A stretch of DNA of 64,000 bases from Tubiluchus corallicola. Its lineage: Eukaryota > Animalia > Priapulida. Shown in pieces: positions 40,678 through 51,819 of the stretch. The translations under genes were made by a program, and so were the position numbers. The notes below the pieces were generated by a model. That model was not told the origin of the DNA. It was given only the letters and a program-made list of their open reading frames with translations, and made no database searches. The DNA lies in contig JAQGDQ010000184.1 of assembly GCA_030141605.1 (NCBI GenBank), forward strand, positions 186,001-250,000. Reading direction: 5' to 3'. Every line of letters begins with the position of its first letter. The stretch's first letter is position 1.

Positions 40678-40773
<96 letters not shown>

Positions 40774-41799
40774 CTCATTGTCATCTTATGACCATCTCAA
40801 GTTTCTAAGTATCGGTGGACTAGCCCACCTTCCTGTCTCAACTTATAAGTGATGAGACGAAAGCATCGAACGACTGAATTTAATTCTTAACGAATCAGGC
40901 AAGTTTGCAAAATAAATTGGGTGCTGAACCAAATATATCTTACAGACAATTTATAGAACCACACTAAAATAGACAGATAGATAAAATAGGAGCTGAAATT
41001 TGAGCCATAAGAGACCAATATTTCACAAAATTAAATAAAACAATAAAAGAAAAAGGTGACGCAGCGTGAGTTTTGACGTAAACTGTATATAGCATAATCA
41101 AGAACAAAATTTGTGAACATTTAAATCACAAAACCAAAGGAATAATTACTTTTCACCTTCATTTTATCTATTCAGTAGTTTTCCCAATATCTCAAAGCAG
41201 TCATTGGCCGTAATTTTACATATCTCAGGATTTTCCATTAAGTAAAAAAACTTATCTAGGTCATTCCAGTTGTTTTTGTGCTGAACTATAGAAGCTATGA
41301 AATTAGTACGCTCATTATCAAAAACATTACAATGTAACAACAAGTGCTTCTTCTGCAGACTTAATTTAATTAGAACTAGGTTTGTCGATTCGTCCTCACC
41401 CGGCACTGGTGACATCACAGCTAAGAATATTAATAATTACTAGGTATATCTGATACAGTAACTAATTTGATTCGTCGTCTCAGCACTGCCATACATAATT
41501 ATTATTTCGTTTAAACAGTTACTCTATGCATAACGTAACAAGCGAGACAATTGTGCTATTAAAATAGGAGAGTCTTGTTATTACCTTTAGGAGGTAATGT
41601 GACCTATAGGACACCGCTGTTATAATTGTGGAAAAAGTATTGAACTTTGTGAGTGCTTACCTGATGAAAACGCTGTGTTGGCACTGCTTGCAGAAGGAAG
41701 CTCCTCTAAATTAAGAACAATATCCGCCCCCTTTTCCTCTTGCTGAGGAAGATTGGTGCCACGTTGCATGTTATCGGTCATCAGCAGTAATTTTGACAT
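6129..41799 (-). CDS. Ih: HCN/Ih hyperpolarization-activated cyclic nucleotide-gated channel, 5' part (multi-exon; pore, S6 and CNBD exons not found in the window)
   Basis: Core exons 20312-20966, 14354-14520, 9243-9526 and 6129-6278 join in phase with GT-AG sites. They give ...[10 protein letters not shown]|[11 protein letters not shown]...NFRTG|II...[17 protein letters not shown]...[32 protein letters not shown]|[39 protein letters not shown]. The first exon (41661-41799), and hence the upper boundary, is inferred. Confidence 0.95.
8165..8239 (-). CDS. Ih: Candidate HCN cassette exon B in S4-S5 linker (75 nt)
   Basis: ctgtttcag|TATTAC...CTAAGT|gtgagc; open in phase 0-0; [25 protein letters not shown]. 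Confidence 0.55.
8630..8683 (-). CDS. Ih: Candidate HCN cassette exon A in S4-S5 linker (54 nt)
   Basis: Long pyrimidine tract ttctgtttttcctttcacgcgtatcag|TTAGGA...ATAAAA|gtaaga; open in phase 0-0; [18 protein letters not shown]. Confidence 0.55.
9243..9526 (-). CDS. Ih: HCN exon: S2-S3 loop, S3 and S4 voltage sensor
   Basis: tttacag|GTATCATA...TGGGAAGAG|gtaaga; contains the HCN S4 signature [16 protein letters not shown]. Confidence 0.97.
11129..11299 (-). mobile_element. Foldback hairpin element with degenerate hammerhead-ribozyme core (Penelope-like element relic)
   Basis: ~60-bp imperfect inverted arms (ttttattaagaaaattaacgtttc / gagacgttaactttcttaataaaa) flank minus-strand CTGAAGA-cgactgc-tatagtgt-gcagca-GAAAC. 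Confidence 0.55.
12443..12483. repeat. (GAAT)n microsatellite
   Basis: Seen directly. Confidence 0.9.
13313..13731. mobile_element. hAT-type MITE
   Basis: TIRs CAGGGCTGGATT / AATCCGGCCCTC with a near-identical 8-bp TSD (gttttgtg / gttatgtg). Confidence 0.75.
14354..14520 (-). CDS. Ih: HCN exon: S1-S2
   Basis: attttcag|GTTTTATTGG...AGAACAG|gtaagc; [55 protein letters not shown]. Confidence 0.97.
17644..17862. mobile_element. Palindromic MITE with ~80-bp terminal inverted repeats
   Basis: tttggtcgtacgtaaacagttatttgaccaaac...ttcttaaaa is mirrored by ttttaagaa...tttggtcaaataactgtttatgtacgaccaaa. The centre has two copies of ttaaaatgttgttttaagcctactt. It sits next to a (TA)n run. Confidence 0.85.
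18015..18485. mobile_element. MITE-like element with subterminal inverted repeats and internal (CCCTAA)-like array
   Basis: aaaagtcacaggaaa near the left end versus tttcctgtgacttt near the right end; taaccctaaccctaacc...ccctaaccctaatcc at ~18095-18158. Confidence 0.55.
19530..19619. repeat. (GA)n microsatellite
   Basis: Perfect GA run. Confidence 0.97.
20312..20966 (-). CDS. Ih: HCN exon: cytoplasmic N-terminus and HCN domain
   Basis: tgtgtttcag|CAGCAGTAG...AACTTTAG|gtaagg; contains [14 protein letters not shown] and [41 protein letters not shown], typical of invertebrate Ih. Confidence 0.93.
27840..29297 (+). mobile_element. Decayed RTE-clade LINE (5'-truncated)
   Basis: Frameshifted RT motifs: [47 protein letters not shown] (decayed YADD), [21 protein letters not shown]. 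Ends in a short (GAA)n tail, typical of RTE. Confidence 0.92.
30555..30735. repeat. (CAT)/(CAG)/(CAA) compound trinucleotide repeat
   Basis: Seen directly. Confidence 0.92.
32033..32078 (-). CDS. Ih: Candidate alternative first coding exon of HCN
   Basis: ATG TCT CAA...ATG ACA G|gtaaga; [15 protein letters not shown]; phase-1 end compatible with the acceptor at 20966. Confidence 0.3.
32150..32450. repeat. Degenerate hexamer repeat (TCTATG/TCCATG/TCCACG)
   Basis: Periodic 6-mers producing a spurious Ser/Met/Thr-rich ORF. Confidence 0.75.
33687..33807. repeat. 56-bp tandem duplication
   Basis: tacaattacatacacagatatattatatacaatgcacaaactgaaaacaaaattgc occurs twice, plus a partial third copy. 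Confidence 0.9.
33934..35625. mobile_element. Non-autonomous foldback/DNA-transposon relic with long imperfect inverted repeats
   Basis: 33934-34210 matches the reverse complement of ~35390-35625 (shared gctgaatc, gctcgaaaa, acaaaatggccgcca, atgacatctattccagg, ggaacccatttctg). A further diverged direct copy lies at ~34260-34510. Confidence 0.75.
37700..38232. repeat. Degenerate (CCTAA)n pentamer arrays
   Basis: acctaacctaacctagctaac, aacctaacttaacttgacctaacctagcctagcc and similar, in two blocks (~37700-37920 and ~38110-38232). Confidence 0.75.
38357..38780. repeat. ~127-bp tandem repeat, three full copies plus a partial one
   Basis: The unit tctgaatttgcgaaaacttgtgatatcactagttctgctgcggacatgcgaagcctgcttt...tttcagatctct starts at ~38357, ~38482 and ~38662; a partial copy lies at ~38608. 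Confidence 0.9.
39440..39538. repeat. (CAT)n microsatellite
   Basis: Seen directly. Confidence 0.97.
40600..40773. repeat. (TAG)n microsatellite
   Basis: Nearly perfect long run. Confidence 0.97.
41164..41355 (-). mobile_element. LINE ORF2 extreme C-terminal fragment
   Basis: [18 protein letters not shown]...DKFFYLMEN resembles the H-x3-C...R C-terminal motif of CR1/L2-group ORF2 proteins. Confidence 0.55.
41661..41799 (-). CDS. Ih: Inferred first coding exon of HCN
   Basis: ATG...[47 protein letters not shown]|gtaagc. The strong phase-1 donor matches the phase-1 acceptor at 20966, whose exon has no early ATG. Confidence 0.5.
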
Positions 41800-43051
41800 G
41801 AGGATATATAACTGAAGTCCCAATCACTCAAGGGCATGAAAGGGCGTTGCCTGCTGCTTCTTCTCATTACCGTTGAAATGATAGCAACACAAAAGAAAGC
41901 TTCCCTATTTTGTACAGAATCTGGCACAGGATATATTATCACTGTAACAAGGAGTCATCTTTTCACTGGTGGACATAACAAAACCGGAATCGCACCACTA
42001 AAAACGGCAATTATGAATTACAACTAATCAGGTATTTTCTGGAAGAGCCATTACAGTTTTGGGCAGACAAGAGTTAACAATAGTCGTTGTCAGTATTGAT
42101 GCCCACCAAGTAATAAGCGGCTTCTTCGCGACAACAAAATTTGTACATTCAACTTACGAAGCCAATGAGTTGTGCAGACGACAGCTGCTGCCATTGTTGA
42201 CGAAAGGTGGCAGCACAATGCAAATGCATCATAAGTTTCTGGTTTCAGCTAAACATACATTATTTCTCAGTTTAGCCTCACTATGCGAGAGACTGTCGTG
42301 GGGATATGTTTACAAATATGCTTGTTTACAACTAGGTATGTTGGGTACAAACAGTAGAAACAGTCTACACAAATTGCCAGCAAGCATAGTAAGCCCATTA
42401 CAAACTGTGCACAAAGCGCAAATTTTATGTTTTTGAATACATAACGAAAATCTAAAATCCAGTGGCGTGGCTGACTCGTCAATTTAAGCCTACGTCCATT
42501 TGTCACCCATTCACTTATATATAGTAAAGGAAATTAATATTATTATGTTATATTTTATTTCAATTTTTGTGACATTGTACTAATATTTGACAACTAATGT
42601 GGACTATCGACCCGTTTAGACTGTCGGGCGATTTCAATAATTCATCAATAAAATTCAACTTGCACAATCCTTGAGTGATACGTTTCCAGTATGGATTTTC
42701 CTCGATATGATTTACCCTATCAAAGCTCAAACCTTTGCACAGCGTTGTAACAGAACCTTTTTTTGTATGCAATGAGGGACAGTTTCAATACATAACGCCC
42801 ATCGGAGATGCGTAACATTCAAGAATGACAACGTTGAGTGTCACTTAGTCATGACTGGGATCCTTGATGGTCTAAAAGGGGTTTATGCCAAACAAGACAA
42901 TAGTCCCTAGTTCAACCAGCTAAACCAAGTGCTCCGTTCTAAGAGGAACCAATTTGGCATCAGCGTTTTTGTGAAAGTACGTTTACAGTGTTTATGAAAA
43001 ATTTTCTTTCTATGAAATTAATTTGCAAAAAAATTCTGTGAACACATAATT

Positions 43052-43053
<2 letters not shown>

Positions 43054-43128
<75 letters not shown>
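43054..43128. repeat. (GA)n microsatellite between the divergent gene starts
   Basis: Perfect GA run. Confidence 0.97.
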
Positions 43129-43132
<4 letters not shown>

Positions 43133-43289
43133 TAATGCTGAAATGCATGTAGGACTACATGTGACGTTTCTTCATATTAGATAACGCTGTTAAACGACGT
43201 TGATCCTAAATTATTGTATTTTTTTACAATATAAGCTCAACTGTACCACCTTTTCCATCGCGTCTTTGCCCTCTCTTTTCATTACGTCG

Positions 43290-43356
43290 ATGCCTTCAAA
43301 GCGTATCTCTGGTCTCGTAGTCGTTGCTATTTTGCTGCTTCGCAGCCGAGACTCAG
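43290..43356 (+). CDS. IgSF gene exon 1: putative signal peptide
   Basis: MPSKRISGLVVVAILLLRSRDS G|gtttca; basic N-terminus plus hydrophobic core; phase-1 end. Confidence 0.55.
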
Positions 43357-46300
43357 GTTTCATCTATTGCCATTATGATTGGCGTTCACGAGGGGCAAAT
43401 TTTAAACTTTGTTTCAGCTCTTTTTAAGTTAAAAGAATATGATTTAACCTGGAATTGGTTTAGGTTATGAAACATTTTGCTGTGGTTATTAAGGCAATGT
43501 CAATTCTACATTCTAGGTTTGAATAGAGAATACTCTTAGAATTACAATTTTTAAAAAACTAGTTAAAATCTATTGACAATTTGAAGTTGAGAACTAGTTT
43601 GATCTCACTACGTTTTTAAAAATTTTCTTTTGATACCCGTTTTAACATTGAATAAGTGTTAAATGGGCTCATACTAGTGAGTTAGGGACAAGCACAGTTT
43701 ACCTCAAAAGCTAGGAGCTGGATAAAGTGGGCCACCCAGATACCAAAAAAAGTATAAATGAAAAGTTCATCTGCAAAATTTCGCTTATCTGTGAGGCGGG
43801 CTTAGAACTCTGAAAAAAAACCATTTACTTTCCCCTAGTATTCCCTACAATGTTAAATTTTTTGCCACAAAAATTCCTGTTTTTAATACACAGTATATGT
43901 ATTTGCGTACCAATTATTATAATTATTGTATTAGAGTCATGATGAAAATACCTTTGTAATAATAACAACAAAAATGGCTGTGAATTGTTTGGCCACGTAC
44001 ATACATATCTCATAAAGCCACAGACCAATGCTGGATGTATGACGAAAATTGCTTCGATTACAGTCTCACGAGAAATTTTGTTTGACTGTTATGATTATCA
44101 CTGAAATACTTATTTTTAAAACTTGGTATGGTCATTTAAAATTGTGGAAAATTATCTAAAAAGTAAAATTTATGTTTATGAACTTTAATTTATAGGAAAG
44201 AACAAATCGCTCAGTATGCTGGGTTTATTTTACTGTTATCACTTAAACTTAGAAAAATAAAACAAATTTACAAAGAACTACCTGTAAAGCATAAATTTAA
44301 AATATAATACCTTTGAATCAGGCATGGTTGCCTCATAACATAATTGCGAGACTTTGTGAGTTTTCGTAAGCACGTCATGGCTTTCCTTAAGTGCGGCACT
44401 GCTTCAACTCATTCAAACTTTTACAGCTTGCCTAATGCTCATGCAAAAATATTATAAAGTTAGCTATCTAAGTTTTTTGTAAAAGCTTTTGATGAAGATT
44501 GACAGTGCACTACTTTTCTTCAAGATGAATGATGTTATTGGAAGAAAAGGGGCATTTCCTTTAATAACCTAAGGAAGCAAATGGCAGCCTTTGCAGAAAC
44601 TAAAATTTCAACATCTTTTCTTAGGCCAGATTAAATGCAAAAAATGAAGAATATAAACATGAATATATTTCTTTTTTTTCCAAGCCTTCATGACAGGATT
44701 CACAATATTTTTTACCACATAATTTCTACAGCTGAAATATTTTTTGTGCTGTTTTGAATTATTTTCTGACACCATCTGAAGTTAGGTGATAACTTTAAAG
44801 AATGTAAGTGAAGTGAAATTTTGACGTCAGTGCAGATTATTGTGATGTAACTTAAGAAATAAATTTATCAAAACCTAGACAAATGTTTGTATTCATGAGG
44901 TTGGACTTATGGTTGCTTGCTTTTCTAGTGTAATGAGAACTTGAAAAAAAGCTTAGCAAGCTGAAGTTTTGGTGTGCCCAGAATAGAATAATAATCCAAC
45001 ATTTATTATTAAATTTTTCTAAGTTTTGTGTGTCTTTAGGTGCTTTGTGACAACCTATCTGAAATACTAGTGACTGACTGATCATGCTGATCATGCTCTT
45101 TGAGTATAACTTGCATTTTCAACTGTTAAAATGACTGCATTGGCTTTCCTTACCATTGTGATTTCATGTGAGTTGGCTTAGTTGACTATAATTTCATGTC
45201 AAGCTAAATGTGCTATTAACTATTTGTATACAAATTAGCTATACTTTAAACTGTAGGTAAATACCTGGTGTCATAGTTAATTCAAAAATATGTACAGTAA
45301 ACCCTTGTTATATTAGCGTATTTGGGGGGGGGGATGCTAAGGGTTGTCCGCTGTAACCGCTCATTTTAACCAACGGTACGCTCCCCCCCCCCCCCCCACA
45401 TACAGCTGATCTTATTGCAAATTGTAACTTTAAATTCATTATACAGTAGAACAAGTAGAATTATATGAAAATTATCATATGCCCATTACATCTACTGTAC
45501 ACACTGAGCAGGCAGAATTCTAAAATAAAAGAAACCTGCCCTAAAGATGGGTAAACACAGCAGTAATCTAGCAAAAAAACTAGATACTACTATACTAGTG
45601 GCTTATCAGAGCCACTTCTGAGTTATGGTATCAAAAGATGGATTGTCAATCTGACTATCAAGTTTACTTTGCAGAAAAATGTGGCAGCATGTAAAGAGAA
45701 CAAACAATTCATAAACCTCATTGCAGGCTGGCAGCTAGTTATAATAGCCTTTTTATAGATCAGTTTATTCACATTGTTATCTGACCAAGGGTAACAAAAT
45801 TTGACAACATATGTGTTAAATCTGTGACAGATGTGTAGTGCAGCATATCACATTATCCAGTCACGTGGGCATGGCAGACTTGTCCATTGTAATGAGACTA
45901 GATTGGACAACCAGAATTAGTCCGTTATATCCGAAGTCCATTGTAATAAGAGTTTACTGTAATTATTGGCAAACAACGAACTATGCAAATCGTGATAGAA
46001 TGAATAAGTATTAATTAATAAATTTGCCATTATTTTCGTTCTTAATTTTTTATAGACTTTCCACTAGATGGCAGTGCTGGATGTGCAACAAATTATTTTT
46101 TCAAACAGCCCAAAGATAAGGAAGTAGCTGCTGGAAAGAGTACCATCATTAAATGTGTTGTAAAGGAATCGTATAGAAATTACGACTATGAACTGTATTG
46201 GGAATTCAACCGGAAGCATATCACAATTGATGGGACTAACAATATTGCTTATGAGTATGGTTCTTCATCTACCCGTTACCGAAAGGGAGATTACAGCATT

Positions 46301-49300
46301 AAAATAATGTCAGCTAATAGATTTTTGCATGATGGCTTGTATGGATGTACATTTGATCATATCAATTTAAAAAGTTGCTCTTCAAAACTAGCTTATATAG
46401 CAGTTGCTGGTAAGTTTTGCTTTGTACTTCCAGTAAGTTTTGATGCAGTTTTTCTGCTTAAGCAACTCATAATTCCACACTGTGGTTTGGATTAAGTAAA
46501 TTTTGATGTGCTGGTTGTTATTTTCCAGTTTTTGCTCAATTGCTTCCTGTGTGAAACTTTAGATTTACAGTTTCACAGATATTATTATAGAGGGAAGTTC
46601 ATGGATTTGTTCAGCCTGTACCATTACCATTTAGAGTGTAGTTTGTCACACAGGTTACTTTTTCAGTTCCTGCTAAGATAACATTGAAAGTGAATGGAAA
46701 TGAAGTGACAAATGACACACTTGCCATCGTGGCAGGGGACAATACACAAACAATTACTTGTGAAGCTACAGGCACCAATCCTGGACTTTCAGTGGAACCT
46801 GTAATTCAGTGGTTTATTAGTAAGTGAATTATACAGTTAATAGTGTAGAGCTATGTATATAGGTTTCTCAGTTAAAGTAAAGAAGTGGATTGAAACTGAA
46901 CTCAAGGCACACTGGTACAGGACCAGAAATACTTTTGAATGAAGTGCAATGAATTTTGTCAAGAAAATGCCCAACTTATTCCCCTTTTTACTTTAAGATT
47001 CAAATGAACTCATAAGGAGCGAAAAAATTATTAGTCTTATATTGAACCAGATAACAGGTCTTCTAGCAATGTTAAGTAGATTTTAATTTTTAGTTTCCTT
47101 TTCTGCCCTTTGGTTAAACAGCGCTTGACATATTTGTCTGCAATTTAGTGATGCGTAATACTAACACTTATAGATTTTCCAAACTAATGAAAAAATTGTG
47201 CTCAACAATGGCAAAAAGATTTGCTGCTATTTTCCGTAACCATGAACTAAGACCGGATTTATCATAATAATTTTCAAATACGTGCACTTGTAGTAACTTT
47301 TCTATTTAACTGGTTTACTAAAACACTGCTGTCTAGCATGCGCAGTTGCACTAGGGAAGATGATCTTGTCTAGAACTCAAAGGTGACTTATGGTGTACAA
47401 TTTTTGATGTTGTGAAGCAAGTTTATTTAAGTCCTGGCAATAATGTGCATGGTAAATATATAGTTCACAGGGTTGAACAAGGAAGTGCACTAATTTTTAA
47501 CACTTTACTGCATTAATTGTTTGCAAAACTTTATAAATTACGTGTACAACTTTGAACACAGTTTTCTTCACCACCATTTTTAAACTTACTGCAAGTAGAG
47601 CCATTAATTCAGGAAATCACACCAAACAAAATTCTTTCACAATCCTGACAAGTAACTGTAACTTTCTGTTATAGTAAAATGGGTTAGTCACAAGGTTTTT
47701 CATTGGAAATTACCTATGCAGCTGTTCCAATAAAAGATGATTCATTGAAATTCCTGCTTTTAGATTTTTAAGGAAAATTTGTGTTACCATTTTTATTAAA
47801 ATTTATTAGAATGACTTGCATATAATTATTCCCAACTCTTTGTACAGTTAGTACTTGTTTAATATAAACACTGTTGTGATTTTTTTTTGAAATAATAAAA
47901 TCTCTATTTTTACCTGTCAAGGCTTGTATAAAGCCACCCAGAATAAACAGTAACAATGTCAGTGCTTCTTTAATAACTCTACGATATATACATAAGTCTA
48001 ATTTTTCTTTTGTGTCTACAGATTCACAGCCAATTTCACCAGCAGTTAACAACAGCCTGATTAGCTCGCTTAACCGAGACTTTCTGGCCGGTAAAGGTGG
48101 TGACAATAAGAAACAGTTATCCTGTCGTGTAATTGTCCATCGATTATTAGGGCCGCAGTATGTTAATAAAACTCTCGATGTTCATTGTAAGTGAGAATGG
48201 TGAGTCGAGTAAAATGAAAATAATGTAGCACTCAACAAATCTGTTTCACGTAAATTTTGATTTTCTTGCTTTTTTTGGACCTAATATTTAGATTTTGCTT
48301 TAGCACAGCCATAATTACCAAATTGCAAATGGCTTTTTTTTTAAAAAAAGTAAAGTGAGTGCTACGTCCATTTCCATTTTCTTGTTAGCTGCATAATTTT
48401 GCAATGGACATTACACTACATAGTAGTATGAAAAATATAAAGAAAATAATTATTATCTGGTTTTGTCTTTATGTTTTATGACTCCTGCATTTGATTTTTG
48501 GTGCTTTTGTGGTTTTAATGCACATATTTGCTTACACTAGTTTGTCTTGTTTATCATCAGTTTGAATAGTGTTGTGCATACTTTTTTAATTGTTAATGAA
48601 TGTACATTACATGGTTTTGTCACTGTCTTCACTCTTTTATATCTTAAAATAAATTTGCAGACTTTGTAAAAGGATCCGTTATTATAACTGTTCGCGATGG
48701 ATTGGAATCAGTGGTCATTGGCAGTGAACTATGGTTAAGTTGCAGTGCTGATGCGAATCCTGCACCAGAATACTTTATGACCGGCCCCAATCTTAATGTT
48801 TCTGATGCAGTTTATGTGGTAATGACAGTCCGTCCAGAAGACGAAGGCGAGTATGAGTGCTATGCAACAAATTATTTGGGAACTGAATCTTACAAGGTGC
48901 AAATACCTGTGAATAGTAAGTATTTATTCAGTTAGACTTTCAGTATCAGTTTGTCAATTACTTCTCACTTGTCGTAAGCTGTAGTACCTTTGAAAACCAT
49001 CACTAATAGAAGATTTTTCCTCAATTTATTAGAATTTTCTGTGGTAATGCAAGTCAGTTCCAAGTATATCTATGGTAGATGGTGCTTCTCATGAGTTGTA
49101 GTATTTGCTATACATGTGTGCATTAAAACTGTCTGTATTGTGCCAATTAGATGTGTATGTCATCTGTATTATGCTATTGTAGTGAATGTGGTTACTGTGT
49201 AGATCACTGATTAATGTTGTTATTAGATGTCCCTTATATAGAAGATTATTTTTGGTAGTAAGCTATTTTATGATCTTGCACAACCAGCTGCAGTAAGTAG

Positions 49301-51756
49301 GCTTTGTCACTACATATTGCATCCTAGTTTACAAAATGGCAAATGTGATTTATTTCCTTTTTTGGCCAGTGGTGCTTTATTAGGACATCTAGTGAGAGAA
49401 TTTATGTTATAAAACTGTATATTCTTACATCTTAAATAGGGAAATTACGATTTGCTGGTAACCACGATGTCTGGGTGAAGGTGTACAAGGACAACAGCTT
49501 CAATGTGTCATTTTGTGAAGTATCAAAATACAAACGGGTCATCTGGAGAATGGGACAAAGGAAACTTGAACATACAACTGAAGGAACGGTCAAGTTGGAC
49601 AACTTTCAATCAAAGCTGAGAAAAATTCCCAGTGACTATGATGAATGTTTCGAGATTCAGCTTAATATTGAAATGACACTTTTCACTGATCTGACCGAGC
49701 TTGATCTGATGGTGCATACAGACGAAGTAGACGGCAGATTTACAGTCTACCTCAAGTGTAAGTATTTATAATACAATAGATGTGGATACATTAAACACTC
49801 CCATCCTACTGCATTACAAATTATTATTTTTAGGAAACATGACATTACAAAACAAAAAAAGTGAAACTTATGTAAAATCGTGATCAATTTTCAGGTGACC
49901 AAGACTTTTATTAGTCACACCTAACATTTTAACTTTAACTGCTTTCTGAATTGATTCAGTTAAATTGAATACGAGGTATATTAAATAAAAGCCTTGACTA
50001 TTAATAATGGCTGTATTTCATTTGCCCCGGAATCATTTAGACAAAAGTTAATTATGAAATCAAATTATTTTCGTTTTGTTTGACAGGTTTGCCCACTCTA
50101 GTGCCTGGAATCCAAACACAGTTTGTTGGAGACGCAAACACCGATATAACGGTATTCTTAAACTTTTGCTCAAAGCCAAAGTACAAAAGGGCGAAATGGT
50201 TGTGGACAAATGGATATATTGATCTCTCACCACCAACTCAAAGTTCACAGTATGGATCCCGGTTTAGCGCTAATATTAGACAGTATAACAACATTTGCTA
50301 TTCAACTGATTTAGAGATAAAGTCTGCCGGGCCAACGGACGAAAAATTTTACTCTCTGTTGTTGAGTAATTTGTATAATGGTGGCGATGTAAAGTTCGAT
50401 ACTCAAGTTGGTAAGTACCAAATATTTGTCGAGAACTCTTTCCCTAAACTAAACAAGTTAATTTAGAACCATGTGAACAACTTTTGCAGTTTTATGGTAT
50501 GTTATTGCTAAAGCGATCAGACTGATTGTTTTCATTATTCTTTCTTTTTCTAAAGGCTGAGTCTTGAAATTCGGATAGTGTAGCTAAAAATAAATTGTGA
50601 ATATTAGGATCTACATTTCGTTCTTGGCTGTAAAGTAAAACAATGAACATGAGAATTAAAACAATGCATGACAAACGATAATTATTGCACTAAAGCACGA
50701 TAAACAATAATCACAAGTTTGCTATTATAACCTGCGTGATAGGTTAGCACATTGTAAATACCTCGATTTTAGCTGTAAACAAATGACATTTTCACTTGTT
50801 AAACCAGCATTTTATGCTGTTGTTTTACATGTCTATTTAGCTATTTACTGTGCACAGAAAGCACAGAAAGTGGGAAAATAGGTACATGCCTTACGTTACA
50901 TGACAACTATTTTCCATGGGAAAACTCCCTGAATAGGTTTATATACCTCAAGTCTAGAAAAGCCAATTTGACAGCTATTAAAGGACAAATTTACAGTGAC
51001 TAAATACAAAGAAAGTAGTTTTATGGCCTTTATCGCTAAGTCTACTATGCAAAACCTGTGAACAGGTAATTATTTTTAATATGGTTTTAAATTATTCTAG
51101 TGTAGCCTATCGTTACACTAAAGTTTGCAATACATACAGTTTAAGACAGTGGTTCCCAACCTTTTGTTGACGGCGACCCCTTTCCAGAATCTTGCATCAT
51201 ATTGCGACCCCACGAAGAACATAATCACTTTTTGTACTATTACACATCGTTATTGTTTGCATTTAGTAATTTTAACTTGCTATTCAAGAAATGATTGAAC
51301 AATGAGTGATTGTTTCGCATTAATTCATTCATGTGATGGTTGCACCCGTTTCTCAGAGACCAGTAATGCAACAGCAAAAGGTATTCAACGAGATTTGACA
51401 TAAAATGAATAGCAACACGCTTTCGGGTGGTGTACACTGTACAGAACAACGCGCATTTTCATTTTCCCGGAAAATTAAGCACTGGTATACCGCATTTAGA
51501 ATGGGAAAACCCCGTTTCACTTTCCAGAACAAAATGATGTAATGAGAGATTGAGGAAACAAGACCTCCTTACATACTTTTCGTGAAAACAGCACTTTTTA
51601 AAAATAGTTTTTGGATTAGCCCGCGGCCCCATGAAAAGTGCGTTGCGACCCCAATTGGGTTCACAACCCCAAGGTTGGAAAACCGTGGTTTAAAATATAG
51701 CAAAAGTTAAACGATTAATTATATTCGGAATGCCATTTCTAATTTAAACATTTTTG

Positions 51757-51819
<63 letters not shown>

